In this document: in pieces, positions 28,101 to 41,200 of the stretch
Layout: every line of letters begins with the position of its first letter
How positions within the stretch are numbered: position 1 is the first letter of the stretch
Source of the DNA: Oculina patagonica
Lineage: Eukaryota
Direction: 5' to 3'
DNA: 64,000 bases
Assembly (NCBI RefSeq): GCF_052425735.1
Contig: NC_135758.1
Coordinates: 12,648,001-12,712,000, forward strand
Position numbers and translations under genes: made by a program
Notes under the pieces: model-generated
What the model was told of the DNA's origin: nothing
Database searches by the model: none
The model's input: the letters and a program-made list of their open reading frames with translations, nothing else

Positions 28101-31100
28101 TCTATAATTCTTGCGTGGCTTGGATTTCCTTTACAGAGCCCAAGGCACCAGACATCATGTCCGCGTACGGCAGTGAAGAATCCTTACAAGACCGCAGACA
28201 TTTTAACGTTACAATTGGAAAGGATATCTCCATCTTGCGAGGAAGTCCCCTAACCATCAAGTGCCCAGTGGTTGGCGTACCAGAGCCTAAGATAACGTGG
28301 ATAAAAGATCGCAAGATGCTTTCTACTAATGATCGCATGGATATGGACTGCACTGGCATACTGAACATCTTCAAGGTGGAACTGGAAGATTCTGGGGATT
28401 ACGTGTGTTCCGCTCAAAGCTTTCTCGGAATGGATATTGCGTTTAGTTCTGTTACAGTTATTGGTAAGAATCTATCAGCCAGCTTCTCTATTGCTACATA
28501 GATAACCTTTTGCGATGGTTAGATAATGTGTTATTTTATTTATTTGTTTGATTCTTTTTTTTTTTTTATAGATTGTTTTATTTCAAAACTTCCGTTTCTC
28601 ATTATTGTCAAGTTCAACACTATAACAGTGCCTTATGTCCACGGCGTCTTTGTTTCTAATGCGTGACAAGTAAGGCGAAACAGAAAACGAGGTTATGACT
28701 GATGCTCCAAACAAGATTTTGTTTTTTTAATAGAGCTACATGTACAACTTTGGACTCTTCCGGTTCTTACACAGACATTTTTCAGGCATTGAGCGTAAGG
28801 GGTAGAGGTCGTGATGGATTAAACCTGTTATAGAGTTGATCCAAAGCGCTGGTTCCCTTTTAACACACGAACACTACACCACACAATGAAACAGGAAACC
28901 CCATTAAAGAGTCACTTATACCCCGTTCACACCAAAGCTAAAACACCTTTAAAAGCTGTTTAGTTTAATTTTTTTCTTTATAAAAGTTGCTAACTGATGT
29001 TTGTCGACTTTAAATTTGACACAATGAAAACACAAATAAGAGCTTCCTTTAAAGTAAGCCTATGTAAAATTCCGTTTCACAGTGTTTTGTTGCTGATTCT
29101 CGTTTTGTTAAAGCTTGGGGTATTAAAAAAGTTTCCGTTAGAATCTGTTTACGAAAAGCACGATTATGTTATTGTTGTTGTTGTTTACTGATGTTTGCTT
29201 GTATGTTTACTTCTTATTCCTGACTAATACAAGAAAACTTTTTTCTACAGATGCTGTTAAGCCGTCAGTTGAAATTTCCGGTAGAGTGTACATCAGCGGT
29301 GGCGATCTTGTAGACATGCGTGTCGGAGACAACTTGACTGCCATTGTCAGAACTCCTGTCAACATAAACTGCACCGCTAAAGGAATCCCTAAACCGAGAA
29401 TGACTTGGAAAATGAACGGACAACAACTAGGCAATGGGGGAAATTACAAAACTGATAATAATGGAACACTGGCTATTAAGGGAATCGAAGATCCTGGGGA
29501 ATTTAGATGTATTGCAGAGAACTTTGTTGGCCAAGACGATGCATCAAGCTTTATAGCACTCTTAGGTTTGTGACGATCTTCTTATTTTAAAAAGAAGTGA
29601 TCACAGACGCAAAAAGTTTAATAAGATAACTTTGGATCACTAGTGTGATCATCAATCTGTAATTACTGTTTGTCACACTTGATTATGTAAACATGTTATT
29701 TAAGATCGACGTTCAAAAGTATCGCGCAAGGATATCAGCTGCCAAATAACATAATGTATGCAACCCTTGCACAATTATGCAAAATACATTCCTCCAGTAA
29801 ATTAAAATGACAGGGAACTACCCAGTAATCTATCTCCCGAAATGACAAGAAAACGCAGGTCAACAGTGTAATTATTGTTAGCAGGAATTTGTAGAGCACT
29901 ACTTACTTTAAATCTACAGGAGGTGGAAGCAAACCCGGCTGCATAAATAATTAAACGTTTGCGTTTGGTTACAGCACTTGATACCTGCTCCTTTCCTAGG
30001 ATAGGTTTCTGGTTGACTTGACGATTAATTAAGAGCGAATATTTAACAAGGCTTTTTTCAAAAAAGGAATAAATATTAATGAAAACATGCTTATATCGTG
30101 TGCAACATACATTCGATAGATCCTAAGAAACCTGTGGTTATCACTCATGAGAAGACATCCATGAAAGAGGCCAAAGACCGAAGTCCCATCACCTTGACTA
30201 TTGGTGATAACGTGACAGCACTTACCAATACAAGTATTACCATTCGGTGTCCTACCAGCGGCGTACCAACACCAACTGTGACGTGGGCAAAAGATGGCCA
30301 AGAAATCCCTGATGATGGCAGGTACACAGTTGACATTAATGGGTCATTGGTGATTGATGGAGCCCTTCAATATGACAGTGCTCGATACACGTGCACTGCA
30401 AACAGTGTTGCTGGTAAAGACAGCGCATCGACCACAGTGAAGATTGTGGGTGAGTTTTTCTGTGTTCTTGACGTCGCACGACTTTCTTCACTTCTCTTTA
30501 CATTTCAACTAAAACGTTCTGCTGCTAAAATAATTCTGCACGGTTAACAAATACACGGTTGACAAATCCCAGTTAATATAACATGTGATTACTTGACTGA
30601 CTTCGTCTAAACGTTCAAAAAATCATTGCAGAGCCCGTCAAACCTGTTATCGAGGTTCCCAAACCTGGCCAAAAGATTCCAATTGGTGATGGCAGTCCAG
30701 TGACTGTGAACGTTGGTGACAACGTGACAGCAGCTTCAAACACTACTATCACCATCAGGTGTCCAGTTAGTGGAGTACCAACACCAGCGGTTACATGGGA
30801 GAAAGATGAAGTCCTAATTACTGCTGAAGGAAAGTTTTCGATCAGTAGTGACAACTCTCTGGTAATTGAAGGTGGCGCCGAAGATGACAGCGCAGATTAC
30901 ACATGTAGTGTTAAAAGTGTGGCTGGAACAGACAGGGAATCGTCAACAGTTACGATAATCGGTGAGTTGAAACTCATTGCCTTTTATTGCTATTCCATTT
31001 TAAAAAACTTGAGAACCACAGGCAATGACGATCTTTTATCTCATAGGTTCAGATCCGTTAGGAAATTTTTATGTCATAATGACAATTTCCGTAAGTATTG

Positions 31101-32212
31101 CCCCCCCCCCCCCCCTCCCAAACCCAAGAAAAAGGTGATGATCTTAACATCATAAAACAGTCAACTCTCGTTATAGCGGACACCCTCAGGACACCGTTTA
31201 GTGTCCGTAATAGCGAGAGTCCGTAAAAGCGGGGTGTGAGGAATAGATAATGACGAGCTTATCAGCAGTAGTGAAACTGCTAAGCAGTCGTTGGGAAGGG
31301 AGAACGGTGCTTCATCTCTGTCTAAGTGTCGGGAAGGAAAAGTCGCAAGCTGAGGTGAAAAAGTAGAGTCTGTTGTACAGCTACTGAAGGAATTGATGAA
31401 AAAATAATTGTTCCAGAAGTCTTTTGAGTTGTGTTTTGACAAGTTATGAACAGTTATGCTACATGCAAAGTTAATTGTGACCGCTTTATCGAGGGTCAAA
31501 ACAATAAAAAATATTGTTATTTTGGAACCACAAAAGTGTCTGTAATTCAGCAATAGCGAGAGTTCGTAATAGCGGGAGGCATTTCCAGTCAAACCTCTAT
31601 AGCTTTCGCTGGGGATCTGAATTTGGAAGTTTTAGCGAGTGTCCGTAATAGCAGGTGTCCGCAAGGCAAGAGTTGACTGTACTAATAAATTCGAAAAACA
31701 TCGTCGCTAGTAATTTATATAACAAATTAAAAAATAATTAAGGGTTAATTGGGATTTACAAGAGTGTAATACTTTGTAACAAAGACGTTGTCTCAATCCA
31801 ATTGACAAATGGTTTTGAACAGAACCTTTCGCACCTGTGATAAAGACTTCTGACAAACCAAAGACGGTAGAAGCCAAAGACCGAAGTCCCATCACCATGA
31901 CCATTGGTGATAACGTGACAGCAATTACCAATACAAGCATTACCATTCAGTGTCACGCCAGCGGCGTACCAACACCAACTGTCACGTGGACAAAAGATGG
32001 TCAAGAGATTGGTGGTGGTGACACGTTCACAATTCAACAAGATGGATCTTTGCTGATACGTGGAGCAAACGTAGGGGACAGCTCTCGCTACACGTGTACA
32101 GCAAAGAGTGATTCTGGTGAAGATAGTGCCTCAAGCGTTGTACAGATTGTTGGTGAGCCTTTAACAAGTCTTAAATGATTGATTGATTGACTGATTTATT
32201 GATTGATTGATA

Positions 32213-32279
<67 letters not shown>

Positions 32280-35200
32280 TTGATACTTGGACTCACCTTT
32301 TTCATAGAAGATTAAAGGAATCCCACATAGGCATAAAAACCGTATTGAATTTCTTCTTGTTATTGTGGCCTGTAAGAATCTGATTTTCGCTCCTAAACGG
32401 TGAAAAGGGCGGTAAATGTGTCTGAAGCAAGGGTTGCGAACAGCAGTACCAACCACTTATGCTTTTTGTTTTTCAGAATCTACCAAACCTGTTGTTGAAG
32501 TTCCCGAAACTGGCCAAAAGATTCCCGTTGGCGATGGCAGTCCAGTGACTATGAACGTTGGTGATAACGTGACAGCAGCTTCAAACACTACCATCACCAT
32601 CAGGTGTCCAGTTAGTGGAGTACCAACACCATCCGTCACCTGGCAGAAAGACGGATTACAGATTACACCTGGAGATAAGTTCACAATCACAAGTGATAAC
32701 TCTTTGGTGATCAAAGCAGCAGCATCCCAAGATAGTGCAACATACACGTGCAGTGTTCGAAGCATGACTGGTACCGACAGTGCATCTTCAACAGTCCAAA
32801 TTGAAGGTCAGAGCTGTTAAGTAGTTCTTTCTTAGTTGACCTTAGATTAACACTTTATGTAACTTATTTTAGAAAAGAAAGAAAGAGACAGGAGGTAGGT
32901 GATATGTTGAAGCATATCAGAAAATCTGGAAACCTTTGAGGAGTATCTATCGCGAAAACAGGTCTTGATGACAAAGTTAGCTTCAGTTTTTCATAAATTG
33001 ACGATGTGAATAGAGTACTCTTGGCTGTTTGTTAACCTCTTCCATAACGTGCATAGTATTTTATCGTTTTCTTGTCCTCTTTTTATCCTGCTTTTTGTGA
33101 ACATTGGGCCTTCAAAGACAACATTCAGTAGAAAGATCGATACGTATGACAAGGTAGTCCATAACGCTGAAAAAGTGTACATTTCTTATACAACGGAGAG
33201 TTTGGCCATGGATGGAAACTTCAGGCCTCCACCTTAGATGTGCTATTCATCTTCGGTGTTATTTTCACTCCAAAACATTCACCCTTAATTAAGTTATTTA
33301 AAAGACCTCAACCATTCCTTTACCTTGACAGAACCTTCTAAACCAAACATCAATATCACTGACAAACCAATGACGATAAAAGCCAAAGACCAAAGTCCTA
33401 TCATCATGAACATTGGTGATAACGTGACGGCGTTTAGCAATACAAGTATTTCCATTCAGTGTCCTACCAGCGGCGTACCAACACCAACTGTCACGTGGAC
33501 AAAAGATGGACAGGAAATCCCCCCTGGGGGCAAGTATACAGTTCAGGATGATGGTTCATTGGTTATCCACGAGTCTAATGAGGAAGACACTGCTCGATAC
33601 ACGTGCACTGCAGACAGTGTTGCTGGTAAAGACAGCGCATCAAGTATGGTGCAGATTGCTGGTAAGCTGTGTTATGACCGGTTAACGATAATCGCAAACT
33701 CCATGAAAGAAAAAGCTCAAACCAAAGCAATTACCTTTAGTTTCGTGTCGGTTTGTACAAGTTTTAATTCTTATCGTTTTGTAAAGGATATCTATATTAA
33801 GCTGAAAGTCGCGTTATTGTTACAATTTGTGCACGAAGGAATTGTATTTTGATGGCAATTATTACATGTACAATTTTGCAACGAGAAACGTGTTTTCAAC
33901 CTTGTTTGTAGATTTGAAGAAGCCATCAATTCTAGTCCCAAAGCCAGGTCCAAAGCTACCAATTGGAGATGGCAGCACGGTCGTTACACCCGTCGGTAGC
34001 CAAATCACTGAGATTGCCTATGTCAGGATCTCGCTGACCTGTCCTACTGAAGGATCACCTCCTCCAAAAATCACTTGGAAAAAAGACGGCGAGGAGCTGC
34101 TATCCGGTGGTCAATATGAGATTGATGATGAAGGGACGTTGACGATACTAGAGGCAATAACAGAAGATACGGGCAAGTACACTTGTTCGGCTCAGAATGT
34201 AGCCGGTCTAGAGGAAGTGACGTCAACCATTGATATTCTAGGTATGTAACAGAGTAACCCGCTCATGCTCAAGACTTGTTAAGAACAATCCATGAGAACA
34301 CAGACACTTTTTAAAGATATCTTTGCTTAAAAAGACCAAACAATGTCATCTTTGACTTCAAATGTCCTGCAAAAACTGCACGTGCCCCAACAGTTTTGTC
34401 CAAGATAGTGGTTTGTGTAAAAAATATTACGCTGCGTCAAACTTTCCTGAATTTCCTGATAAAATGCGAAGCCACGAAAGGCCAAAACGTTCAAAGGAAA
34501 CTGTTTTAATTTAGTGTAATCTAACACTAGCTTTAATGAACCTTGGTCGATTTCCGCTAATTGTGGCATCGTTTGAGACCAATTAACACACACGAATTTA
34601 GCGTAACTAAAACTAAGGACTAGGATAACGTGGAAGTTTAACAATGAAAAAATAGGAAAAATTGAAGCTATTCCGCATAACTTAACCCAGTAGATAATTT
34701 CTCACCCAGGGAAGCCACGATTCTTTAGAAATAATTACCAGCTACTGAAACATCATTATGAATAATAGTTACTACTACAGGATAACAAGTCATGATAACC
34801 AGTTGTATTTAGGAATTTACTTTTTATATAGAAAATAAATACTAAGCCTTATTCCGTCTTTATACTAAACAACCCGGGTAAATAAGTATCATTCCTTTTT
34901 CAGAACCTCTGGAACCAATTATTCTACCACCAAAAGGTTCGATCATCTCAGATGACCAAAAGCGAATAACAGCAGGAGTGGGCTCAAAGATTGACACAGT
35001 AAAAGGTGTTACAATTATAATAACATGCAACGTGAATGGTGTTCCAATACCTGTGTTAAACTGGACCAAAGATGGTCAGGACATTTCACCAGACGAACGA
35101 GTGGTACTGCTGGAATCTAACGGAAGACTTGTTATCCGAGACTCTGTTGTTGAAGACAGTGGTAATTACACGTGTACTGCAAGCAGCAGGGCTGGACAGG

Positions 35201-38200
35201 CTAGCAGCACATCACCCGTGACAGTCTCAGGTAAGCCCGTAAGATTAGTGAACATTCCATTTTTGAGATACTCGAGACCGCGTCGAAAGGCGCCTACATG
35301 CCCACGCGAGGAGACATGTTGTAGGGATATGTCGCAGGGACAAAATCACACAAGGGCATGTTGCAGCAAAGGCATGTTGCAGCAATACGTCCCATTGTGA
35401 CAAAATGGGACGTATTGCTACAACGTGTCTCTGCTACAGTTTCTTGTGCGTACACGTTGTGATTTTGTCCCTGCTATATGTCCCTACAACATGTCCCCTG
35501 GGGTGTAGGCACCTTACGGTTAATTTCACAAACACCAGCAGGAAAGTGCCGAAGCATTAAATTAACCGACGCACAGTTGTAATCAGTTTATGGTCTTACT
35601 GCTGTTTGTGAATATTTTACTTCAGATTGAAGTAAACATTTTCCAGATGCATCTTTGTGTTTGTTTAAGAATACGTCCTTAGATGATTATTTGAAATGTT
35701 CGGGAGTTCTTGTCCTTCAGAAATGCAACTGAGGAAGGCTTGTTGTCTCGTCAAAGTGTTACACTCAGCGCAATAGAAAGGTTTTCAATTGAGAGTTGAA
35801 AGTAATCCGGAATTGCTTTACTTCTACAGTGCCCTGTTCTGTGATTGGTTTAACTTACTTAACCACTCAGATGCAAAACCCAAACCAATCGCTTATTGGC
35901 GTTGTGCGTTTTCCGACCGGAGTCAAGCGGGGAAAACGCACAACGCCAAAAGCGATTGGTTTGGGTTTTGCATCTGAGTGGTTAAGTAAGCGCTTGACTC
36001 CGGTCGCGTGTGTTTGCTTTGTGTTTGCGCAGATGCAAACCAGAAACCCTTATGGGTTTCTGGTTTGTATTAGTTAATCGGGATGTTTACGGTTGCTGTG
36101 CTTGTTTTGGTTGTACGAGACCCACGTAAAAACTGCTCTAATTGAAAGTCTAAAGCAGATTTTCTTTTAGCTCATAGCAAGCCCTCAATAGAGCGGTCCA
36201 CGAAGGCGGTGTCCTGGGATAAAGTAAGTCCTTTGACAGTCGCGGTCGGCAGCAGAGTGGAGATCATAAATGGCTCGTCAGTAACCTTGAGATGTAATTC
36301 CAGCGGTTTTCCTTCACCTAAGCTTACATGGACGCGTGGAATTGAAGCTATACCAGTTAATGACAAGTATGAGATCGGTGAACAGACGCTGACCATCCGC
36401 AATGTTCAGCATGCGGACGTGGATGAGTACACGTGTACGGCCACTAACCAGGCAGGACAAGATGCTGCCACTACTGAACTTGTTGTCAAAGGTGCGTCCC
36501 GTCTTTAAGAATACCTTACAGGACCTATATCTGAGTATGACACAGTATATAAAGTCATTCATCATCAGTCCTTCAGACACAGGCACATTTAATGTCACTG
36601 TAGGGCGATATTTGTCTACTTTGGTCTTGGTTCATTTTCTTATAGGCATACGGAAAATTTTGATCCGAAATTAAATTTAACCAGGCAAACTTGTAGAAAC
36701 AATAAATTGATAGCTATTGTACATTTGAGCATTTGTTGCTAGGTTAAAGAGGAATGTGCTGAATTTTGGGTGAGATGAGTATAAAAGGGTGGAATCGCGC
36801 TTATTACGTAAAGTGCAGTCAGGATTTATAGTTGATCCGTCGTACTCCGGATCAAGTAGTTTGCGATCAAGGACCTCCATTGTTATGAGGTATCCCCGCA
36901 TATTGTTTTCATTTAAGGTAGTGTTCTCTGAGCAGCTTCTTCGCTAGTCGTCCGCGGGGTGAATTACGCGTCAAGTCCACAACGAGAAAGAATGCCCCCA
37001 ACGCAAGACAGGAAGAAATGACAGATTGTCCCCGGCGAACACCACCCAAACAACTTGTCAGCGGGAGAAAAGGAGCGGTCACCAGCAAAGGCCCGCGACG
37101 GAGGGGGCCCGAATGGGAGGGCCGACCGAAAACAGAGAGATGTGTGTGCGAGAGACGAGCTCGGAGAGCGCCAGCACACGGCCCGGACCCGAAGGGGGAG
37201 GGGAGACGAGCCGAGGGACAAACCCCCCCCGCCGGAGACGGCCCGCCCGGAGAAGAGGTGGAGGAGGGAGAGAAGGGGGAGAGCAAGGAGAGAGGGAGAG
37301 GAGGAGAAGAGGGGCGAGCGGAGAAGAACCGGGGGGGAACCCCTCATACATTGTGCCCTTGCTGCTTTCTTGTGCAAGGCTTTACTCTCACGATGATCTC
37401 GACGACCCAGTTGTGTAAACAGGTACTAGCCAACTGTTTGTGTAATATTGACAAAATACTGAAAGGTGACTTGCGATTGACTAGAATACCATCCAAGTAG
37501 GATTTCCGTACTCTTAGTCACTTCACTGTACAGAAACTGGAGTTACGTACCAGCAGTGACGGTCACCTGACCTGTACGTAGACGTTCTCGTATTGATAGC
37601 CTTTCCATACTTTACCACAGGACCAGGAGGACCAGTTATCGTATCGCACAGCATAAACATCATCGACGTGGACAGCAGTAAACCTGTCGTTATCCCAATA
37701 GGTTCCAACTTGACCACTATAGTCAATGCAACTGTGATCATGACCTGCCCCACCAAGGGCTCCCCTCAACCTACCGTCACGTGGAAACATGAGGGGCGGT
37801 TTATAGTGCCAGGAGGGCACCAAAGGTACCAAATGAATGAGACAGCACTGATGATCAGAGGAGTACGGCTGGACGATGCAGGGCGATATGAGTGCACGGC
37901 ATTGAACATCTTTGGTCGTGATGCTGAGTCACTGTTACTCGCTGTCACAGGTAATATAGGCACATTCCGCTCGACAGTATTTCTTATACTGATTGACCTT
38001 AAGTTCGGGTCAAAATACCGTAATAACGAGGCAGTGTGTAAAGGAAATGAGTCGTGGCAGATTTTAAGGACGCTCACAGCGGTTTCCAGCACTTTTTAGA
38101 TCTTAAAGTGTATATGACGTGATGCACATTTGTGGTGCCAAGTTCCAAGAGCACTGCTTTAATAGTTTTAGAGATATTGTTTATTCAGTATTTTACCATT

Positions 38201-41200
38201 TTTTAGAGTCATATCTTATGACATCATCACTGATCTAATTTGCATAATACAAAAACGTCAATATCTCTGAAACGAAAAAAGATATTTCGAAAAGAAAAAC
38301 GCCATTCTTCTGTATTTCGAAAGGCCTTTCAAATAAGCAGAGAATATTTTTCATGTCATATACACTTTAAACTTTGTTAGGTTAGTTCAACGAATCTTAA
38401 AGAGTTGCTTCTATAATAATGATATCAACCAAATGTCCAATCATCGCTGAACAAGCTCGAGTTATCTTCATGACGTGACTGGTTGCCATGGCAACAGTAC
38501 AACCTGCTAAAAACGTCCCTTATTTTCCCTTTTAGCGCTTATACCTCAAAAACGAGTCCAGTGACTCCCATTTTTTATCACTGAATAATGATCAGCATAT
38601 TAAGATAGAGCTTTCTGCAAATTTAAAAAAAGATTCTCTTGAGCCGTTTCAGAGCCACCTTAAACTTTCGAAAAAAGCGTATTTCAAGCGTCTCTCCCCA
38701 TCTAAAGGTGTTCAAATAATTTCTTGAAATGAATGGTTGAAGTAAAGCAACTGAGTTTCGAGTGTCGTAAACTAGGTTACAGACAGGAATTTGGTTGTTT
38801 GGTTGTTCGTGTCGAGAAATGCCCATATAAAACAACAGAGCTATCCATTTCAACCCTGAAAAGCCCTTTACCATAGACACAGTTTCGTTCACTGTCACGC
38901 AAACCGAAGTTTAATTTCATGGCTGTCACACAAAATGCCAATGCATTTCTTTTTTTCAGTGCCTCCACTGATCAGCAATGTCAAAGGCACGTTTGAGATA
39001 ACAGACATCAGGGATCTTGTTTCCATAACAACCGGTGCCGTGGTCACCATTCCTAGGGGCGTGGCTGTCAGGATAAAGTGCATAGCAACGGGCGTCCCGC
39101 CCCCGAATATAACTTGGTATAGACAAGGAGAGAATTCCAAGGAAAGATCTTTACTAGTGCCCAATGGAAATCTGAAAGTAATGAAAGATAATTCACTCCA
39201 GATAACACGTACATTAGTGGTTGATGCTGCCTACTACACTTGTGTGGCAACTAACATCGCCGGCCAACATGAAGGAACAACGCATTTGAATATTGGAAGT
39301 AAGGAAATACAGAAACGTAATGTACTGTTTATGTGTGTGCTCTGTATTTTGCGTTTCTTGTAGATAAAACCAGTCTATCTAGTCTTTCTCGTTGTCTCGT
39401 TATTCAACAAAAGAAGGAACGAGCGAACAGAAGAGCAAAAGTATCACGGAGACAATGGAAAAAACGAAAGAGCCGAATAAGCTACCAACGAACGAACGAA
39501 CAAATGAACGAACGAACGAGTGAGTTATTCAATAAACGAACGAACGAGCGAACAGAAGAGCGAACGTTTCAGGAGACAACGGAAAAAAGAAAGAGCGAAT
39601 AAGTAATAAGAACGAAGAAGAAAGAAGAGAAGACAAACGAACGAACGAACGAATGAGTGAGCGAACGAAAGACAAACAGATTGTGCTGACCGACCGACCG
39701 ATCGACCGACCGACCGACTGTGCGACTTCAATTTTTTTGTTCACTAATTAATACATGAATTTAATAGATCATTTATTCATTTTACTTATCACATACGTTC
39801 CTCTCGTCTTAACTAAAGCTCCTCCAGAGATTCCGAGTTATTGGCGAGGAGTGAAATCTCGATTTAGTGACCACGCTCGGGACTTAAGAACAACAGTTGG
39901 TGCCCTGGCTACAGTCGTTAAAGGAGCAACCTTGAACATCAAATGTGCTGCCGTCGGTAACCCTAAACCAACGATCAAGTGGATTGTAGCTACTACAGGC
40001 CGACAGACACGTCACACTGTCTTGAATGACGGCACATTAGAAATACCAAACGCTGACCTTGATGATGAAGGAGAATACACTTGTATTGCTAACAACTCGT
40101 ATGGAACGCTCAATAGGACTACAACTGTCAGCATTTTAGGTAACAAGAGATAAGCTATTGCACAGTGAGTTCTGTACTACCATTCTTGTCCAAACCATAT
40201 TTAATTAAATTATTTTATTCGCGATAAAAGTGTTCGTCAATTACGGTATCCATTGGCTTACATATCAAACTTGGAACCAGAAATGAACTTCTTAAAAATA
40301 AATAAATCGATATTATTTAACGAGGGTTGCACATAACAGTCTTGCGACTGACAAACCTGTGGCCCCCGGATTCCCAAACGAATTGGAATTAAGAAGTGTT
40401 GGTTTTTGTGTAGGAAGGAAAACCGGAGAACCTGGAGAAAAACCCTCGAAGCAAGGACGAGAACCAACAATAAACTAAACCCACGTATGATGCCAGGACC
40501 CATGCCACATTGGTCGGAGGCGAGCGCTCTCAACACTGCGCCATCCCTGCTCCTCACCCCTTCACCTTTAAATTATGTGATATTCTTCTAGTTCAAACAA
40601 TAAACAAGTTTTTTTGTTAGGAAAATGGGGTGTGGCATATTGGTTATCGCGCTAAGTATTGACGTCAACATTTTTTTAATTTCTTTGCAGTTCCTCCCGA
40701 AATCCTAGAACGCCATTTTAGACATCTTTACAATAAAGAACAAATTGCGGGCCATGCAATGGCCCAGATGGAGGTAAAAAGAAGAACAATTTCTTCCATC
40801 ACCGTAGAAGAAGGTTATAATCTTATATTGATATGTACAGTGAGTGGAAAACCCAGACCGCATGTCACGTGGTCAAGAAACAGAGTTTTGATCAGGAATG
40901 ACACCAGACATTTGTTATTGCCGAACGGTGTGCTATTAGTGCGACATGTCCTCGTCAAGGAGTCGGGTCAGTACAAGTGTGTCGCTACAAACCTTGTTGG
41001 CAAAGATCAAGGAATTGTACAGGTTACTGTTAAAGATCAGGCAAAGGGTGAGTAGGTAACAAATTTTTGTGCATTCAAAGCCGCAGTGCCGGTGTCACCA
41101 TGTGCTTCTCTTTAGAATGGCAATTTGAAAAATAAATGGCATCAGAGCTCCACACGCACGAAACATTAGGGCAATCAGACAGACAGACGGACGGTTGTAT

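Noticed and set aside
2017-38092. Repeated minus-strand ORFs (…GVGTPLTGHLMVM…)
   Set aside because: Antisense shadows of the Ig exons.
38482-38495. Perfect X-box GTTGCCATGGCAAC
   Set aside because: It lies deep in an intron amid transposon-like sequence with no nearby gene start, so there is no support for function.
997-41047. Dscam-style mutually exclusive exon clusters
   Set aside because: The exons are whole domains alternating A/B rather than runs of alternatives for one position. The introns are long enough for normal joining, and I saw no shared docking/selector motif in them.
1327-41055. In-frame stops right after many Ig exons (GK*) read as separate small genes or pseudogenes
   Set aside because: They are simply G|GTAAG... 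splice donors followed by intron sequence.
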